NCBI GenBank assembly: GCA_003697105.1
Contig: RFFQ01000015.1
Coordinates: 1-41,131 of the forward strand
Length of the DNA stretch: 41,131 nt
DNA from: Gemmatimonadota bacterium
GTDB taxonomy: Bacteria; 4572-55; J002
Direction: 5' to 3'
Each line of letters begins with the position of its first letter. The stretch's first letter is position 1. Of the stretch, positions 27,756 through 37,698 are shown one piece after another. Under the pieces are notes generated by a model. That model made no database searches, was not told where the DNA came from, and saw only the letters and a program-made list of their open reading frames with translations. A program made the position numbers and the translations under genes.

Positions 27756-28343
27756 TTACGCGGAGCGATGGTATAATTGATGGTGTTCAATGTAAGCACG
27801 CACGGTATCCGGCACAACATAGCGGATGCTTTGACCCCGTTGTACCCGTTCCCGAATCTGGGTGGAAGAGATCGCCACCTCTCGCATGGGGACAAACGTT
27901 ACCCGCCCGGTATAGCGAGCTTTAACGGCATCCAGATCAACTCCGGCGCGCGTAGTGGCTACTACGTGGCAGGCATTCAGAATGGCATCCGGGTCTTTCC
28001 ACGTATGCAGATTAGCGATAGCGTCGCCACCCACAATCCAATGTAGCTCTTGGGCATTGTATATCTTGCGGAAATGGCGAACGGTATCAATGGTGTAGGA
28101 TTTTCCGGTACGGCGGCATTCCACATCACTCACCGCAAACGCCGGATTATCCGCAACGGCAAGACGTACCATTTCCAGCCGGTGATGCACATCAAGGACC
28201 GGTTGTTTTGCTTTGTGGGGGGGATTCGCGGAAGGAATAAACAAAATTTTGGCTAAACCACAAGCCTCTTGGACATCCTGCGCTAAAATCAGATGCCCCA
28301 GATGTGGCGGGTTGAATGTACCCCCAAACAGTCCGATTTTCAT
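27756..28343 (-). CDS. nadD: Nicotinate-nucleotide adenylyltransferase
   Basis: GLFGGTFNPPHLGHL, P..NPPHK, SYTIDT, I.G.D....L.TWK, ISST.IR, YI..H.LY. Alternative start at 28358. Confidence 0.95.
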   Translation of the reverse strand: MKIGLFGGTFNPPHLGHLILAQDVQEACGLAKILFIPSANPPHKAKQPVLDVHHRLEMVRLAVADNPAFAVSDVECRRTGKSYTIDTVRHFRKIYNAQELHWIVGGDAIANLHTWKDPDAILNACHVVATTRAGVDLDAVKARYTGRVTFVPMREVAISSTQIRERVQRGQSIRYVVPDTVRAYIEHHQLYHRSA

Positions 28344-28372
28344 CTTCTTGCCTCGCATTTTGATCGAGGTAA

Positions 28373-28401
28373 AACATACCGGATTTACGGAAAAATGTCA
28401 A
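28373..28401 (-). promoter_or_regulatory. Sigma70-type promoter of nadD
   Basis: TTGACA-17 bp-TATGTT on the minus strand. Confidence 0.6.
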
Positions 28402-28420
28402 TTCTGAAATAAAGAGAACT

Positions 28421-28456
28421 AAAAAAGCCTCACGAGTCCCATTTGACCCGTGAGGC
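28421..28456 (-). terminator. Intrinsic terminator after the FG-GAP gene
   Basis: GCCTCACG..CGTGAGGC stem followed on the minus strand by TTTTTT. Confidence 0.78.
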
Positions 28457-28482
28457 GTTGACTGAGACAAGGTTACTTGGGA

Positions 28483-31400
28483 TTACTTGAGTAAAATCAT
28501 CCGTTTCACATCCTGAAACGTACCGGTTTGCAGGACATAGAGGTACATGCCAGACCGGACGTGCTGCCCGCGTTCGTCCGTGCCATCCCACACCACCGAG
28601 TAACGACCCGGTATCTGCTCCTGATCCGGCGCGATCAGTTGCCGGATCAACCGCCCGGAAACATCGTAAATGTTCAAAGTGACGGTGCTTTCCTGTGGTA
28701 AGTCAAACCGGATAGTGGTGCGCGGATTAAACGGGTTCGGGTAATTTTGATGCAGAACTGGGGCACCCGGCACCACCAGCTCGTTTTCAAACGGATCGAT
28801 TTCCACATCGGTCAAATAAAATCGATTTTCCCACCACGTGATCCGGTTGCCGGTAGTGGATGTGGCAACAATATCCATATCCCGGTCTCGGTCTAGATCA
28901 ACGAGATGGACGGCTTTGATACCTTCAAAAGTTTTGGTCACAATTTGCCGTGTGAGCAGGAATTGATCGGGGGAGACACGCTCGTATTCCCACCAATAAA
29001 TACCGTTGCTATCCGGCACGGTGCCGATCAAATCCTGATCGTAATCCCGATCCACATCGCCTAATAGCAGGTCAACTGCCCGGACGTCATCGATGAAGGT
29101 GCGACCAAATGTTTGGTCACCGTCATTTTCCCACAGCGCCAATTGGAAATCAGTAGCACCGGTAACCAAATCCATATCGCCATCCGTATCCCAATCTTTA
29201 GTGATGATGCTCGATCCACCTTGGAGGTTGGTGGCAATGGGGGTATTGAGGAAATTTCCATCTCCGATATTTTCCCACCAGCTAAATCTACCGGTTTCAC
29301 CGATGGTAATCAATACATCGGGGTCGCCGTCACTATCCACATCGCTCACCTGAACCGTATTGACACCTTCAGCTTCGATAACAATTGTTCCCGCGAGATC
29401 AAAGTTCGCATTGCCGTCATTTGCCCACCACGTGACCGTACCGGCAGTGGCGGCAGCAAGCACAAGGTCAGAATCCCCGTCACCATCCATGTCCGCCAGC
29501 GTGAAATCGGTGACACCACCTGCATCGGTCACAACCGAATGCTCGGTGAATGTCCCGTTGCCGTCATTTTGCCACCAACTAATGGCATCTTCGCCGGCAA
29601 TTGCGGCGATGATGTCCACGCCGGGGGTGTTGTCTAGGTTGAGTACTTTCATTTCAATGATGCTGTCAATACCGGTTGCAATGAGATGGGCTTCAAATAC
29701 CTCATCGCCGGTATTTTGCCACCAACTGATGCCGCCCACGCCGCCACTGATCAGATCGACTTCACCGTCACGGTTCACATCGGCAGAGGCAAGGGTTGCG
29801 GTTTGAGTGGTATTGGTGATCAAATCCATCCGGTGCCAGCGGTAGCTCGTCGCGCCAACCAGTAACACCGGCATTTCGGGTTCATCGGGGTCATCACTGA
29901 TGATGGTCAATGTTTCTTCGACATATCCTTCTGTCGTCGGGATAAAACTAACCAAAATGGTATCTTGTTCGCCCGGATAGAGCGTTAGGGGGGTAAAATT
30001 GGCGGCAAACGGTTCATTGACCTGAATACCGGTGATGTTCAGGGGTTCGGTACCGGCGTTCCCCACAAAAAAGGCGGCAACAAGCCCTTCACCTAAATTC
30101 ACTTCCCCAAAGTTGATGGTCTGCGGGGCACGGATAATGTTCGGTACTTCTGGATTTAAATCGTTTTTCCACATGACCAAATTATTGCCGTCATAGAGTG
30201 CGGCGAGCACATCCCAATCGCCATCTTGATCCATATCCTCTACCTGCACGGATTGGGGACCGGAGAGTGCGCTGGAAATGGATTTATAGGTAAAATTCTG
30301 AGCACCATCATTTTGCCACCAGCCAATCGAACGTCCAATGTATGCCACCCCGATAATGTCTTTAAAGCCGTCATTATCCAAATCCTTGACGGCGACATCG
30401 TAAGCGCCGTCATAGGCGGGGGTATCTAGGGTATGCCGGGTCATCATGCCGCTACCGTCATTTTCCCACCAGAGGAAGCGGTCGGTCTGGTAAGCGGCAC
30501 CTAGCAGGTCGGCATCACCGTCATTATCCACATCGTTGATGGTAATGGCTTGCAAGCCACCCACGCCGGTATCCAGTTCTTGTCGTGAAAAACTACCATA
30601 GCCATTACCAAACCACGCCACAAGATTATCATAACCCCGAGAAACACTGATAATGTCCATGCGCCCATCCCCGTTCAGGTCGGTAATTTTAGCATCAATG
30701 CAGTTTAATTCTGAGGTGGACAGTACATGCTTGCGATGCCGTCCATCGGGGAGGCGTTCCCACCATGCCAAAGTGTGGGTGTTGGTAGAAGTGGAGACCA
30801 CATCCATATCCCCATCCCCGTCCAGATCACCGGTATCGATAGCTTGCGAGTCCTCAAACCGCCCATCGAGGGTATTTTGAACGTAACTGAGGGTAAATGG
30901 CACATCTTCCCATAAGATCACATCATTAGAGATATAGCTCACGCCGTAAATATCCAAAAAGCCATCTTTATCGGCATCCGCAATTTTCAGGTCTGCCACA
31001 TCCCACGCTTCCAGAAAGGGGGGTAATGGATACGGTGGGGGTGGAAACGGTAAGGGGAAGGGGTCAAACGCTTCCCCCGTACCATCGTTGATCCAGCCGG
31101 TAACGCCGTAAAATCCACCAACAATGACATCGGGAAAACCATCCCACGTAAAATCATCGGTGCGGACGGCGCGGGCACGCAGCAGATCATTTTCGGTCAG
31201 ATAGATTTCTTCCCAATCCGGTTCACCGTCATTGCCGTTTCCGATCAGTAAAATCTGCGTCGGGCTATCATCTTCATCGTTCGAGATCAAGGTGATCTGG
31301 CCGGTATAGTCAATCTCTTCTTCGGGGGCGAGGGTAACGGCGAGGGCTACATTATTACCGGGAGCAACCGTAATCGGGACTTCCGCTTCTAAGGTGAAGG

Positions 31401-32673
31401 GTTCGTCGATGGTCACTTCACTGATGATCAAATCCGCATAGCCCCGGTTGGTGATAGTAAATTCCAAGGTTTCGGATTCTCCCAGATAGACCTGTCCATA
31501 ATCCAACACCAACGGCGAGACCACCATACTTGGGATCGGGGGGTTATAACTGCTTTCCCACCACGTCACTTGACCCGCCGTGCCAATGCCGACAATATCC
31601 GGATCGCCATCGCGGTCTATATCCGCGGCAGTGACTTTGCGGGCTTCGGTAAAGGTATTGGAGAGGACGATTTCATTGAAGGTCATATCGCCGTTGTTTT
31701 CCCACCAGCGGATGGTGTTTTGGTTGTATCCAGCTGCGACGATATCCCAATCGCTATCGCCATCCAGGTCCACACTGTAAACAGAGGTTGCCCCCAGCAG
31801 GCTATCGGTGATAGTAAATTCGTCAAAGCGTTCGGTACCATCATTTCGCCACCACCGAATTTCGTTATCGTCGAAGGCGGTTGCGATGACGTCCAGATCG
31901 GTATCACCGTCTAGGTCGAGGGCTTGATATTCCCGAACACCCCGAAACAGGGTCTCAATAGAGAGTTCCCGAAACGTGTTATCACCTTCGTTTCGCCACC
32001 ATTTAATGTCATTGAGGGAGCCCGCCGCCGCTCCAAGAATATCGACCAACCCATCCCGATTGAAGTCCATTGCCGTGACTTGTTCCACACTGTTGAAGTT
32101 TAGGTCAATTTCAACGGGGTAAAAGTTTTCAATGCCCAAATTGACCCACCAGATAATATCCACGACACCACTATCTTCGTTTTGGGCGCCAGTCAGGATG
32201 TCCATGTCCCCATCTAAATCAAGGTCAACTGGAAAGACCGTGCGAGCACTGTACAGGGTATCCGAGATAACCGCCGGGGTGGTGAATGCACCATTACCAA
32301 AATTTCGCCACCAGAGGACCGTATTGGCATCGCGAACCGCGGCTAATAAATCAGGGTCACCATCATAATCCATATCGGCGACAGCAATATCAGCGACTCC
32401 CGCCAGATTTTCCGCGACGATGCTGGCAGTAAAATTGGCATCACCGTCGTTTTCCAACCAGATAATTTGGTTAGCATCTTGGGCAGCGACCAGTAGATCA
32501 ACATCACCATCAATATCGACATCCACAGTAAGAACATCCACAGCACCTACCAGACCGGTGGTGATGGGATGTTCTGTAAATTCAATCTGTGCGTAAATCG
32601 GCAAAGTGAGACCGCTCCATAGAGCTAGGAAAAATATCAGACCGCAATGAATACGAAAATTCGTATTATCCAT
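28483..32673 (-). CDS. Large secreted FG-GAP/VCBS repeat protein with two ASH/Ig-like domains and a FlgD-Ig/T9SS-like CTD
   Basis: About 20 DxDxDGDxD..W.EN.G repeats in three blocks, separated by L.(Y/F)G.V..G..N.G...L.I..SND/SDD Ig-like domains. CTD LHQNYPNPFNP..WDG.D..SG.Y..KRMILLK. Signal peptide and AGGAGG RBS. Confidence 0.88.
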   Translation of the reverse strand: MDNTNFRIHCGLIFFLALWSGLTLPIYAQIEFTEHPITTGLVGAVDVLTVDVDIDGDVDLLVAAQDANQIIWLENDGDANFTASIVAENLAGVADIAVADMDYDGDPDLLAAVRDANTVLWWRNFGNGAFTTPAVISDTLYSARTVFPVDLDLDGDMDILTGAQNEDSGVVDIIWWVNLGIENFYPVEIDLNFNSVEQVTAMDFNRDGLVDILGAAAGSLNDIKWWRNEGDNTFRELSIETLFRGVREYQALDLDGDTDLDVIATAFDDNEIRWWRNDGTERFDEFTITDSLLGATSVYSVDLDGDSDWDIVAAGYNQNTIRWWENNGDMTFNEIVLSNTFTEARKVTAADIDRDGDPDIVGIGTAGQVTWWESSYNPPIPSMVVSPLVLDYGQVYLGESETLEFTITNRGYADLIISEVTIDEPFTLEAEVPITVAPGNNVALAVTLAPEEEIDYTGQITLISNDEDDSPTQILLIGNGNDGEPDWEEIYLTENDLLRARAVRTDDFTWDGFPDVIVGGFYGVTGWINDGTGEAFDPFPLPFPPPPYPLPPFLEAWDVADLKIADADKDGFLDIYGVSYISNDVILWEDVPFTLSYVQNTLDGRFEDSQAIDTGDLDGDGDMDVVSTSTNTHTLAWWERLPDGRHRKHVLSTSELNCIDAKITDLNGDGRMDIISVSRGYDNLVAWFGNGYGSFSRQELDTGVGGLQAITINDVDNDGDADLLGAAYQTDRFLWWENDGSGMMTRHTLDTPAYDGAYDVAVKDLDNDGFKDIIGVAYIGRSIGWWQNDGAQNFTYKSISSALSGPQSVQVEDMDQDGDWDVLAALYDGNNLVMWKNDLNPEVPNIIRAPQTINFGEVNLGEGLVAAFFVGNAGTEPLNITGIQVNEPFAANFTPLTLYPGEQDTILVSFIPTTEGYVEETLTIISDDPDEPEMPVLLVGATSYRWHRMDLITNTTQTATLASADVNRDGEVDLISGGVGGISWWQNTGDEVFEAHLIATGIDSIIEMKVLNLDNTPGVDIIAAIAGEDAISWWQNDGNGTFTEHSVVTDAGGVTDFTLADMDGDGDSDLVLAAATAGTVTWWANDGNANFDLAGTIVIEAEGVNTVQVSDVDSDGDPDVLITIGETGRFSWWENIGDGNFLNTPIATNLQGGSSIITKDWDTDGDMDLVTGATDFQLALWENDGDQTFGRTFIDDVRAVDLLLGDVDRDYDQDLIGTVPDSNGIYWWEYERVSPDQFLLTRQIVTKTFEGIKAVHLVDLDRDRDMDIVATSTTGNRITWWENRFYLTDVEIDPFENELVVPGAPVLHQNYPNPFNPRTTIRFDLPQESTVTLNIYDVSGRLIRQLIAPDQEQIPGRYSVVWDGTDERGQHVRSGMYLYVLQTGTFQDVKRMILLK

Positions 32674-32808
32674 CGTAAAAACCTCCTAGAGTCAAAAATA
32701 GATAGAGATTAAGTGTTGGAAATGAGGGACAGACGGGGGGAATAGATGAAAGCTAGGGTCAATAATTTCGTTTAAAACAGAAAGGGTGTCAATAAAAAAA
32801 TATGGACG

Positions 32809-33372
32809 TCAGGCTTGGGGGAAAGCCGACATGCGTGTTAAGGCTTGTGCTTGTTGGATGTGGCGTTGTTGATGAACATACAACATGTGAACCGCATCAC
32901 CCACACTGAACCGGATTAAAGGTGTGAGTGGGGTACTGATTTTCAGGCGATTAATATCCAAGCCATCCAGGGTTTCGATGATTTGTTGAAATTGGGATTC
33001 ATGGGCGATAAACTTCGCGGGTACCTGAGCCGGTTCAGTGGATAGTTTGAAAAGGGATGGTGCTTTCAGCTTGACGCGTGAGCCCGGTTGAACTGCTTTT
33101 ACAAAAAAAGCACCTACCAACGTTGGTTTATAGGCTGTTTTCTCGCGGATGTTGTGCTGTTTAGCATATTCAATAGCGGCATTTAGCTTTTCAAAGTAAA
33201 GGGTATCCGTTATTAAAAGATGATCGAGACAGTCCGCGATACTCCATTTTTCCGGTGTGGGTTTCCAGCACAGTTGCGGGAGATTTAACGTTTTCAGAAA
33301 AACATCCATCTCTGTTTTGATGTGTTCTAGCCCGGTGTAAATCTGCTGGAGGTGGGGATTTTTTACGTTCAT
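32809..33372 (-). CDS. DinB family protein
   Basis: WKP...KWSIA.C..HL and H..RH..QA. Confidence 0.85.
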   Translation of the reverse strand: MNVKNPHLQQIYTGLEHIKTEMDVFLKTLNLPQLCWKPTPEKWSIADCLDHLLITDTLYFEKLNAAIEYAKQHNIREKTAYKPTLVGAFFVKAVQPGSRVKLKAPSLFKLSTEPAQVPAKFIAHESQFQQIIETLDGLDINRLKISTPLTPLIRFSVGDAVHMLYVHQQRHIQQAQALTRMSAFPQA

Positions 33373-34220
33373 GCGTCATCTTCTGCGGCATAATAGGCAA
33401 CGGCAATCGCGCCATAGCCTGTATGGGAACCAATCACAGCACCGGCGCGAGCGGTGACCAATTCAACACAGTTAAATGTATCTTCAATATGCTCTCGTAA
33501 GGTTTCCATCGCGGCTTCGGCATGAACATGGAATACACCACCCCGGATACAGGTCGCCCCGTCCAGATGTTGTTTCATCAATTTGACAATTTCTTGGGGG
33601 AAGTGTTTCCGGTCCTTGACCTTGCTGAGCGCCACAATTTCCCCATTTCGTGTGCCCAAAATGGGTTTATAACCCAACAACTTACCGACCATACTCCGTG
33701 CCTGGCCGATTCGTCCGCCGCGCTTCAAAAAATCCAAGTTGGGGACGGCAAAAATGACCTGATTCCGCTGAATAATTTGTTCCAAACGGCGTAATATCGT
33801 ATCAACCGGCACCTGATTCTGGATCATCCGTTGGGCAGCTAAAACAATATTCCCCAACCCAAAACTGGCGTTCAGCGAATCAATAACGTGGATTTTGGCG
33901 CCGGTGTCACATATTTGTACCGCTTTGAGGGCATGGGAGACGGTTTGGCTCATCTTACTGGAGATGTGGATCGACAAAACCGTATTTTTGTCATCAAATT
34001 GCTGGTAGATGTCGCAAAATTCCGCTACGGTCGGCGCAGACGTAACCGGAAAATCATTGGTTGAGCGGATTTTTTCGTAAAATTCGTCAGGGGTGAGATC
34101 GACCCCATCCCGGTATTCCTGATCGCCAAAATTGATATGCAACGGGATAATCGGGATTGAATACTGTTCGGCAAACCCTTCGGGGAGGTCCGAAGTACTA
34201 TCGGTTACAATGTGAATCAT
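33369..34220 (-). CDS. DegV family fatty-acid-binding protein
   Basis: IVTDSTSDLP, Y.DG.D, P.TSAP, ISS..S.T, IDS, L..L.RGGRIG, KPIL, VIG.H.G. Confidence 0.93.
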   Translation of the reverse strand: MIHIVTDSTSDLPEGFAEQYSIPIIPLHINFGDQEYRDGVDLTPDEFYEKIRSTNDFPVTSAPTVAEFCDIYQQFDDKNTVLSIHISSKMSQTVSHALKAVQICDTGAKIHVIDSLNASFGLGNIVLAAQRMIQNQVPVDTILRRLEQIIQRNQVIFAVPNLDFLKRGGRIGQARSMVGKLLGYKPILGTRNGEIVALSKVKDRKHFPQEIVKLMKQHLDGATCIRGGVFHVHAEAAMETLREHIEDTFNCVELVTARAGAVIGSHTGYGAIAVAYYAAEDDA

Positions 34221-34244
34221 AGGCAATATGGATCAAGGGTGGGC

Positions 34245-34279
34245 GAAACCCGATCTCCATCTGCCGGAGATCGGGTTTC
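34245..34279. terminator. Strong hairpin after mdh (probable terminator)
   Basis: 14-bp perfect stem GAAACCCGATCTCC/GGAGATCGGGTTTC with only a short U-tract. Confidence 0.55.
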
Positions 34280-34287
34280 TGGGAAGA

Positions 34288-35274
34288 TTAGGTTAATAGG
34301 TCGGCAACGGTTTCTTTTTCGGTGCGTAATTCGGCGAGGGTTTTTGCCAATTTGTCTTTGCCGAAATCACTGAGGGGAATATCCTGCACAATCGTGGCAT
34401 TACCGTTTCCATCAGAGGTGACCGGAAAGGAGAAATACAACCCTTCATCTACACCATAGCTACCGTCAGAGACCACCGCCGAGGAGAACCAATCCCCTTC
34501 CGGCGTCGGAGTGATCATACTCTTTATGTGGTCTAAGGCAGCAGAAGCGGCGGACGCTGCCGAAGAAGCACCCCGAGCTTCGATAATCGCGGCACCGCGC
34601 TTTTGCACGGTGGTGATAAAATCTCCTCTGAGCCAATCATGGTCGTCAATAACCTCAAACACGGGTTTACCATTGATTTTGGCATTTTCCGCATCGGGAT
34701 ATTGGGTCGCACTGTGATTTCCCCAAATGGTCATGTTGGTCACAGCCGTGACAGGCACACCCGCTTTGGCGGCAAGTTGGCTCATGGCTCGATTTTGGTC
34801 TAAACGGGTCATGGCGGCAAACCGGTCTTTAGGGACACCGTCCGCGTGGTGTGCCGCAATCAGACAGTTGGTGTTTGCCGGATTACCAACCACCAGCACG
34901 CGAAGGTCATCGGCGGCACGGGTCAATGCTTTGCCTTGACCAATAAAAATCGGACCATTTTCCCGAATCAAATCGCCCCGTTCCATGCCTTTGGTACGGG
35001 GTTTCGCACCAACCAACAATGCCCAGTTGACCCCATCAAACACGACATTGGGGTCATCCCCCACCACAATATTTTCCAGTAAGGGAAAGGCACAGTCATT
35101 TAGCTCCATTACCGTACCTTCCAATGCCTTCAACACGGGTGTGATTTCCAATAGGTGAAGCGAGACCTTGGTATCATGTCCAAAAATTTCACCGGAAGCT
35201 AATCGAAATAACATGGCATATCCAATATTACCTGCCGCTCCGGTTACGGCAACTTTAACATGTTTACCCATCAT
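34288..35274 (-). CDS. mdh: Malate dehydrogenase (MDH type 2, Thermus/cytosolic-like)
   Basis: [69 protein letters not shown]. Start is 35274 or 35271. Confidence 0.96.
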   Translation of the reverse strand: MMGKHVKVAVTGAAGNIGYAMLFRLASGEIFGHDTKVSLHLLEITPVLKALEGTVMELNDCAFPLLENIVVGDDPNVVFDGVNWALLVGAKPRTKGMERGDLIRENGPIFIGQGKALTRAADDLRVLVVGNPANTNCLIAAHHADGVPKDRFAAMTRLDQNRAMSQLAAKAGVPVTAVTNMTIWGNHSATQYPDAENAKINGKPVFEVIDDHDWLRGDFITTVQKRGAAIIEARGASSAASAASAALDHIKSMITPTPEGDWFSSAVVSDGSYGVDEGLYFSFPVTSDGNGNATIVQDIPLSDFGKDKLAKTLAELRTEKETVADLLT

Positions 35275-35325
35275 CCTATTCCTCATAAAAATAGATGTAT
35301 AAAAAATGCACGACTTACGTTAGCG

Positions 35326-35354
35326 ATTATATTCCCTTCAGTACGGCTTGTCAA
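35326..35354 (-). promoter_or_regulatory. Consensus sigma70 promoter of mdh
   Basis: Exact TTGACA-17 bp-TATAAT on the minus strand. Confidence 0.85.
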
Positions 35355-35360
35355 GCGTTT

Positions 35361-36875
35361 TTAATCCATCGTGTACGAGAGGCGTAGAAACCCGCTAATA
35401 CCTCTATTTGTATAACGAAAATACGGCTGGTAATCACTATCCGCCAGATTTCGCAAAACCAGCGAAATTTGAAACGCCCCAACCGTTTGTGTTGCCCGCA
35501 TATGAAGCACCAGATAATCATCCAGTTGAGCCTTATCCTCCACCGTATAAAACTGTTTACCGACATATTCGGCGGCGACCTCCCCTTCAAACCCGTTGCG
35601 CGGGATGAAGCGCAGATTCAATTGGCCGGATAACTCGGGAGCATAGGGCAAATCCATGTTATCAGACTGCCAGTGGAGTTGTAACCGCACCGCCAGAAAT
35701 TCAAAAAGTACCGCCTCTAGGATGCTTTCGCTTTCAATGCGATCCACCGTTTGGGGATAATTAAACGGATGAAGCGGATTTTCCGTTCCGCTCACGGTCG
35801 AAGCCCAGACCAGCGGCTCCCGAATGCTTGAATAGCGAACATTAACGGTAATCGCATTGGTACTACTGGCAATATATTTGAGTTGCCCCCCGACAGAATG
35901 CCGGTAATAAGGATACTGCAATGCCAAATTGACCCCTACCGGACGCTCATCCCGATATATATCCTGAAATGCCAAATCCTGTATATGAGGATGGTACTCA
36001 GCTTGAACGTACCAGTTCCGGGTCAAAGTATGTCCGAGTTCGAGCCGCGGTAGAATTCGAGTCGCACTTGCTCCGGCATAATCTTCCGTGACGTAAAAGA
36101 TAGGATTCACCGACAACGTAGTCTGCGGCGAGAGGAAAGGGGTTCGTAAACCAACTGAAAACGTAGCAAAATAGAGGTCATCCCGCTGGGGAAGAAGGAC
36201 ATGATCCAGATTGCTCTGGCGGTAATAGATGCCAGCAGTCAGCAGCCGTTGGTTCTGAAGATAGGTGTAATTTGCCTCAACAATGGCATAGTTGTTCTGA
36301 TATTCAGGAAGATTTTCTGCTGGCGTTATCCGAAAATCCCCACTTTGTAGCGAAAGTTGCACCATTGACGGGTGATAAATCCGTTGTACCAAACCTTGAC
36401 CCGTTAGATGTCGGTATTTTTGCGGAGAGTCCAACTCTCGCTGAAATTGTTCCCCCTGGGCGAGCAAAAATCCATGCCAGTGACGGGGCATCTCAAAACC
36501 GGTCATCACTTCCGCATTGGACTGCTCATAAACGGAGTAGTCTTCCGTCTTGAAATAGAAGAGATGTGAGAATAAATCCCACGCCGTACCTTGGTAGTCA
36601 TATTCAGCATCCACCCCCCAGGTTTCGGTTGAGCTATAATGCCCCGAAAGGATTAAACGAGGCGGGGATTTATGAAAGCGTTGGTGCGCACTGGAATCGT
36701 CCGCAACCACTTTTTTTATTTGTTCGATGGGGAAATAGCCACTTTGCCCCATTTCTTCAATCTCTTGAATATCAGGAGACTCAAATTCAGGCTCAATAAT
36801 ATCATCTTCCACGGCAAGGCTTAGATTATAACCTCCAAAAAATAGGATAGTTAATAGGAGGTAAACCATTCTCAT
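35361..36875 (-). CDS. Hypothetical outer-membrane protein with TonB-dependent-receptor-like C-terminus
   Basis: Signal peptide from about MRMVYLL, amphipathic strands, LPY.P..YVG..L..Y..L..NL.D..Y....Y...G....L.LSY C-terminal pattern. Exact start uncertain. Confidence 0.6.
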   Translation of the reverse strand: MRMVYLLLTILFFGGYNLSLAVEDDIIEPEFESPDIQEIEEMGQSGYFPIEQIKKVVADDSSAHQRFHKSPPRLILSGHYSSTETWGVDAEYDYQGTAWDLFSHLFYFKTEDYSVYEQSNAEVMTGFEMPRHWHGFLLAQGEQFQRELDSPQKYRHLTGQGLVQRIYHPSMVQLSLQSGDFRITPAENLPEYQNNYAIVEANYTYLQNQRLLTAGIYYRQSNLDHVLLPQRDDLYFATFSVGLRTPFLSPQTTLSVNPIFYVTEDYAGASATRILPRLELGHTLTRNWYVQAEYHPHIQDLAFQDIYRDERPVGVNLALQYPYYRHSVGGQLKYIASSTNAITVNVRYSSIREPLVWASTVSGTENPLHPFNYPQTVDRIESESILEAVLFEFLAVRLQLHWQSDNMDLPYAPELSGQLNLRFIPRNGFEGEVAAEYVGKQFYTVEDKAQLDDYLVLHMRATQTVGAFQISLVLRNLADSDYQPYFRYTNRGISGFLRLSYTMD

Positions 36876-36984
36876 TGTTATCATTGTGTTTAATGACTTA
36901 AAAATGTACTTGACAAGGCTAATGCTAATCATATATCCTTTAAATAGTTATACTTAAATTTTCTGGTAAAAAAGGATCAGAAAC

Positions 36985-37506
36985 ATGTTAGATGCTCTTA
37001 TTTATCTGTTAATTTTTGCGGGCATTGGTTTAGGCGTCTGGAAAGGCTTTCAATTTGTTCTCCGGCTTTGTGTGTATGCCATTGTCGTGATAGCCGGCTT
37101 TTTAGCCGCCTACATCGCATACCCCCATGGAGCAAAGATATTACACGCCTTATTACCGAGTGCCGACCTGAGCAAAATCATTGTTTTTAACGTGGTAATT
37201 TTGGCAATTTGGATGCCCGGATTTTATCTGGCTCGCCGCCTGATGCAACAAGCATTTACCGGGGTTGACCTGAAATGGTTTGATAAATTGTTTGGGGGAT
37301 TATTGGGTGTCATGGTCATCTTGTTTCTGGTTTGGGGAGTGCTTATCGGCATGATGGCGAAAAACATTAAAGTGAATTCCATCGCTAATTCCTCATTTGC
37401 CAAAACCTTAATCTATCCCAGTGGAACCGTGTATAAATTATTACCCGATAACATGAAAAAAAACTTTGAAAAAAACTATTACGAAGTTTTTTACTCCAAA
37501 TCCTAG
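36985..37506 (+). CDS. CvpA (colicin V production) family membrane protein
   Basis: D.......G...G.WKGF, four TM helices, L..FDK..GG..G, I.NS. Confidence 0.8.
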   Translation: MLDALIYLLIFAGIGLGVWKGFQFVLRLCVYAIVVIAGFLAAYIAYPHGAKILHALLPSADLSKIIVFNVVILAIWMPGFYLARRLMQQAFTGVDLKWFDKLFGGLLGVMVILFLVWGVLIGMMAKNIKVNSIANSSFAKTLIYPSGTVYKLLPDNMKKNFEKNYYEVFYSKS

Positions 37507-37533
37507 CCAAAATAAAACCAAAACCCCTTTTTT

Positions 37534-37570
37534 AATCCCCCAACCCCCAAGGCTTGGGGGATTTTTATTT
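37534..37570 (+). terminator. Intrinsic terminator after the CvpA gene
   Basis: AATCCCCCAA..TTGGGGGATT stem followed by TTTATTT. Confidence 0.7.
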
Positions 37571-37698
37571 GCTCTTCTATTTTATCCCAAATGAGAGAGA
37601 CTGTCAATCATTTTAGCCATTGTCAACGCCGCTGAAATTGGTTACGTTCCGGTTATTGGACTGTTTATATTGCCCTTACAGAATGAAAGGATATATCC

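Noticed and set aside
28800-32560. Recurring CCACCA/CCGTCA motifs as a possible CRISPR or DNA repeat array
   Set aside because: They are degenerate codon-level echoes of FG-GAP protein repeats (WW, DG), with no identical repeat-spacer structure and no cas genes.
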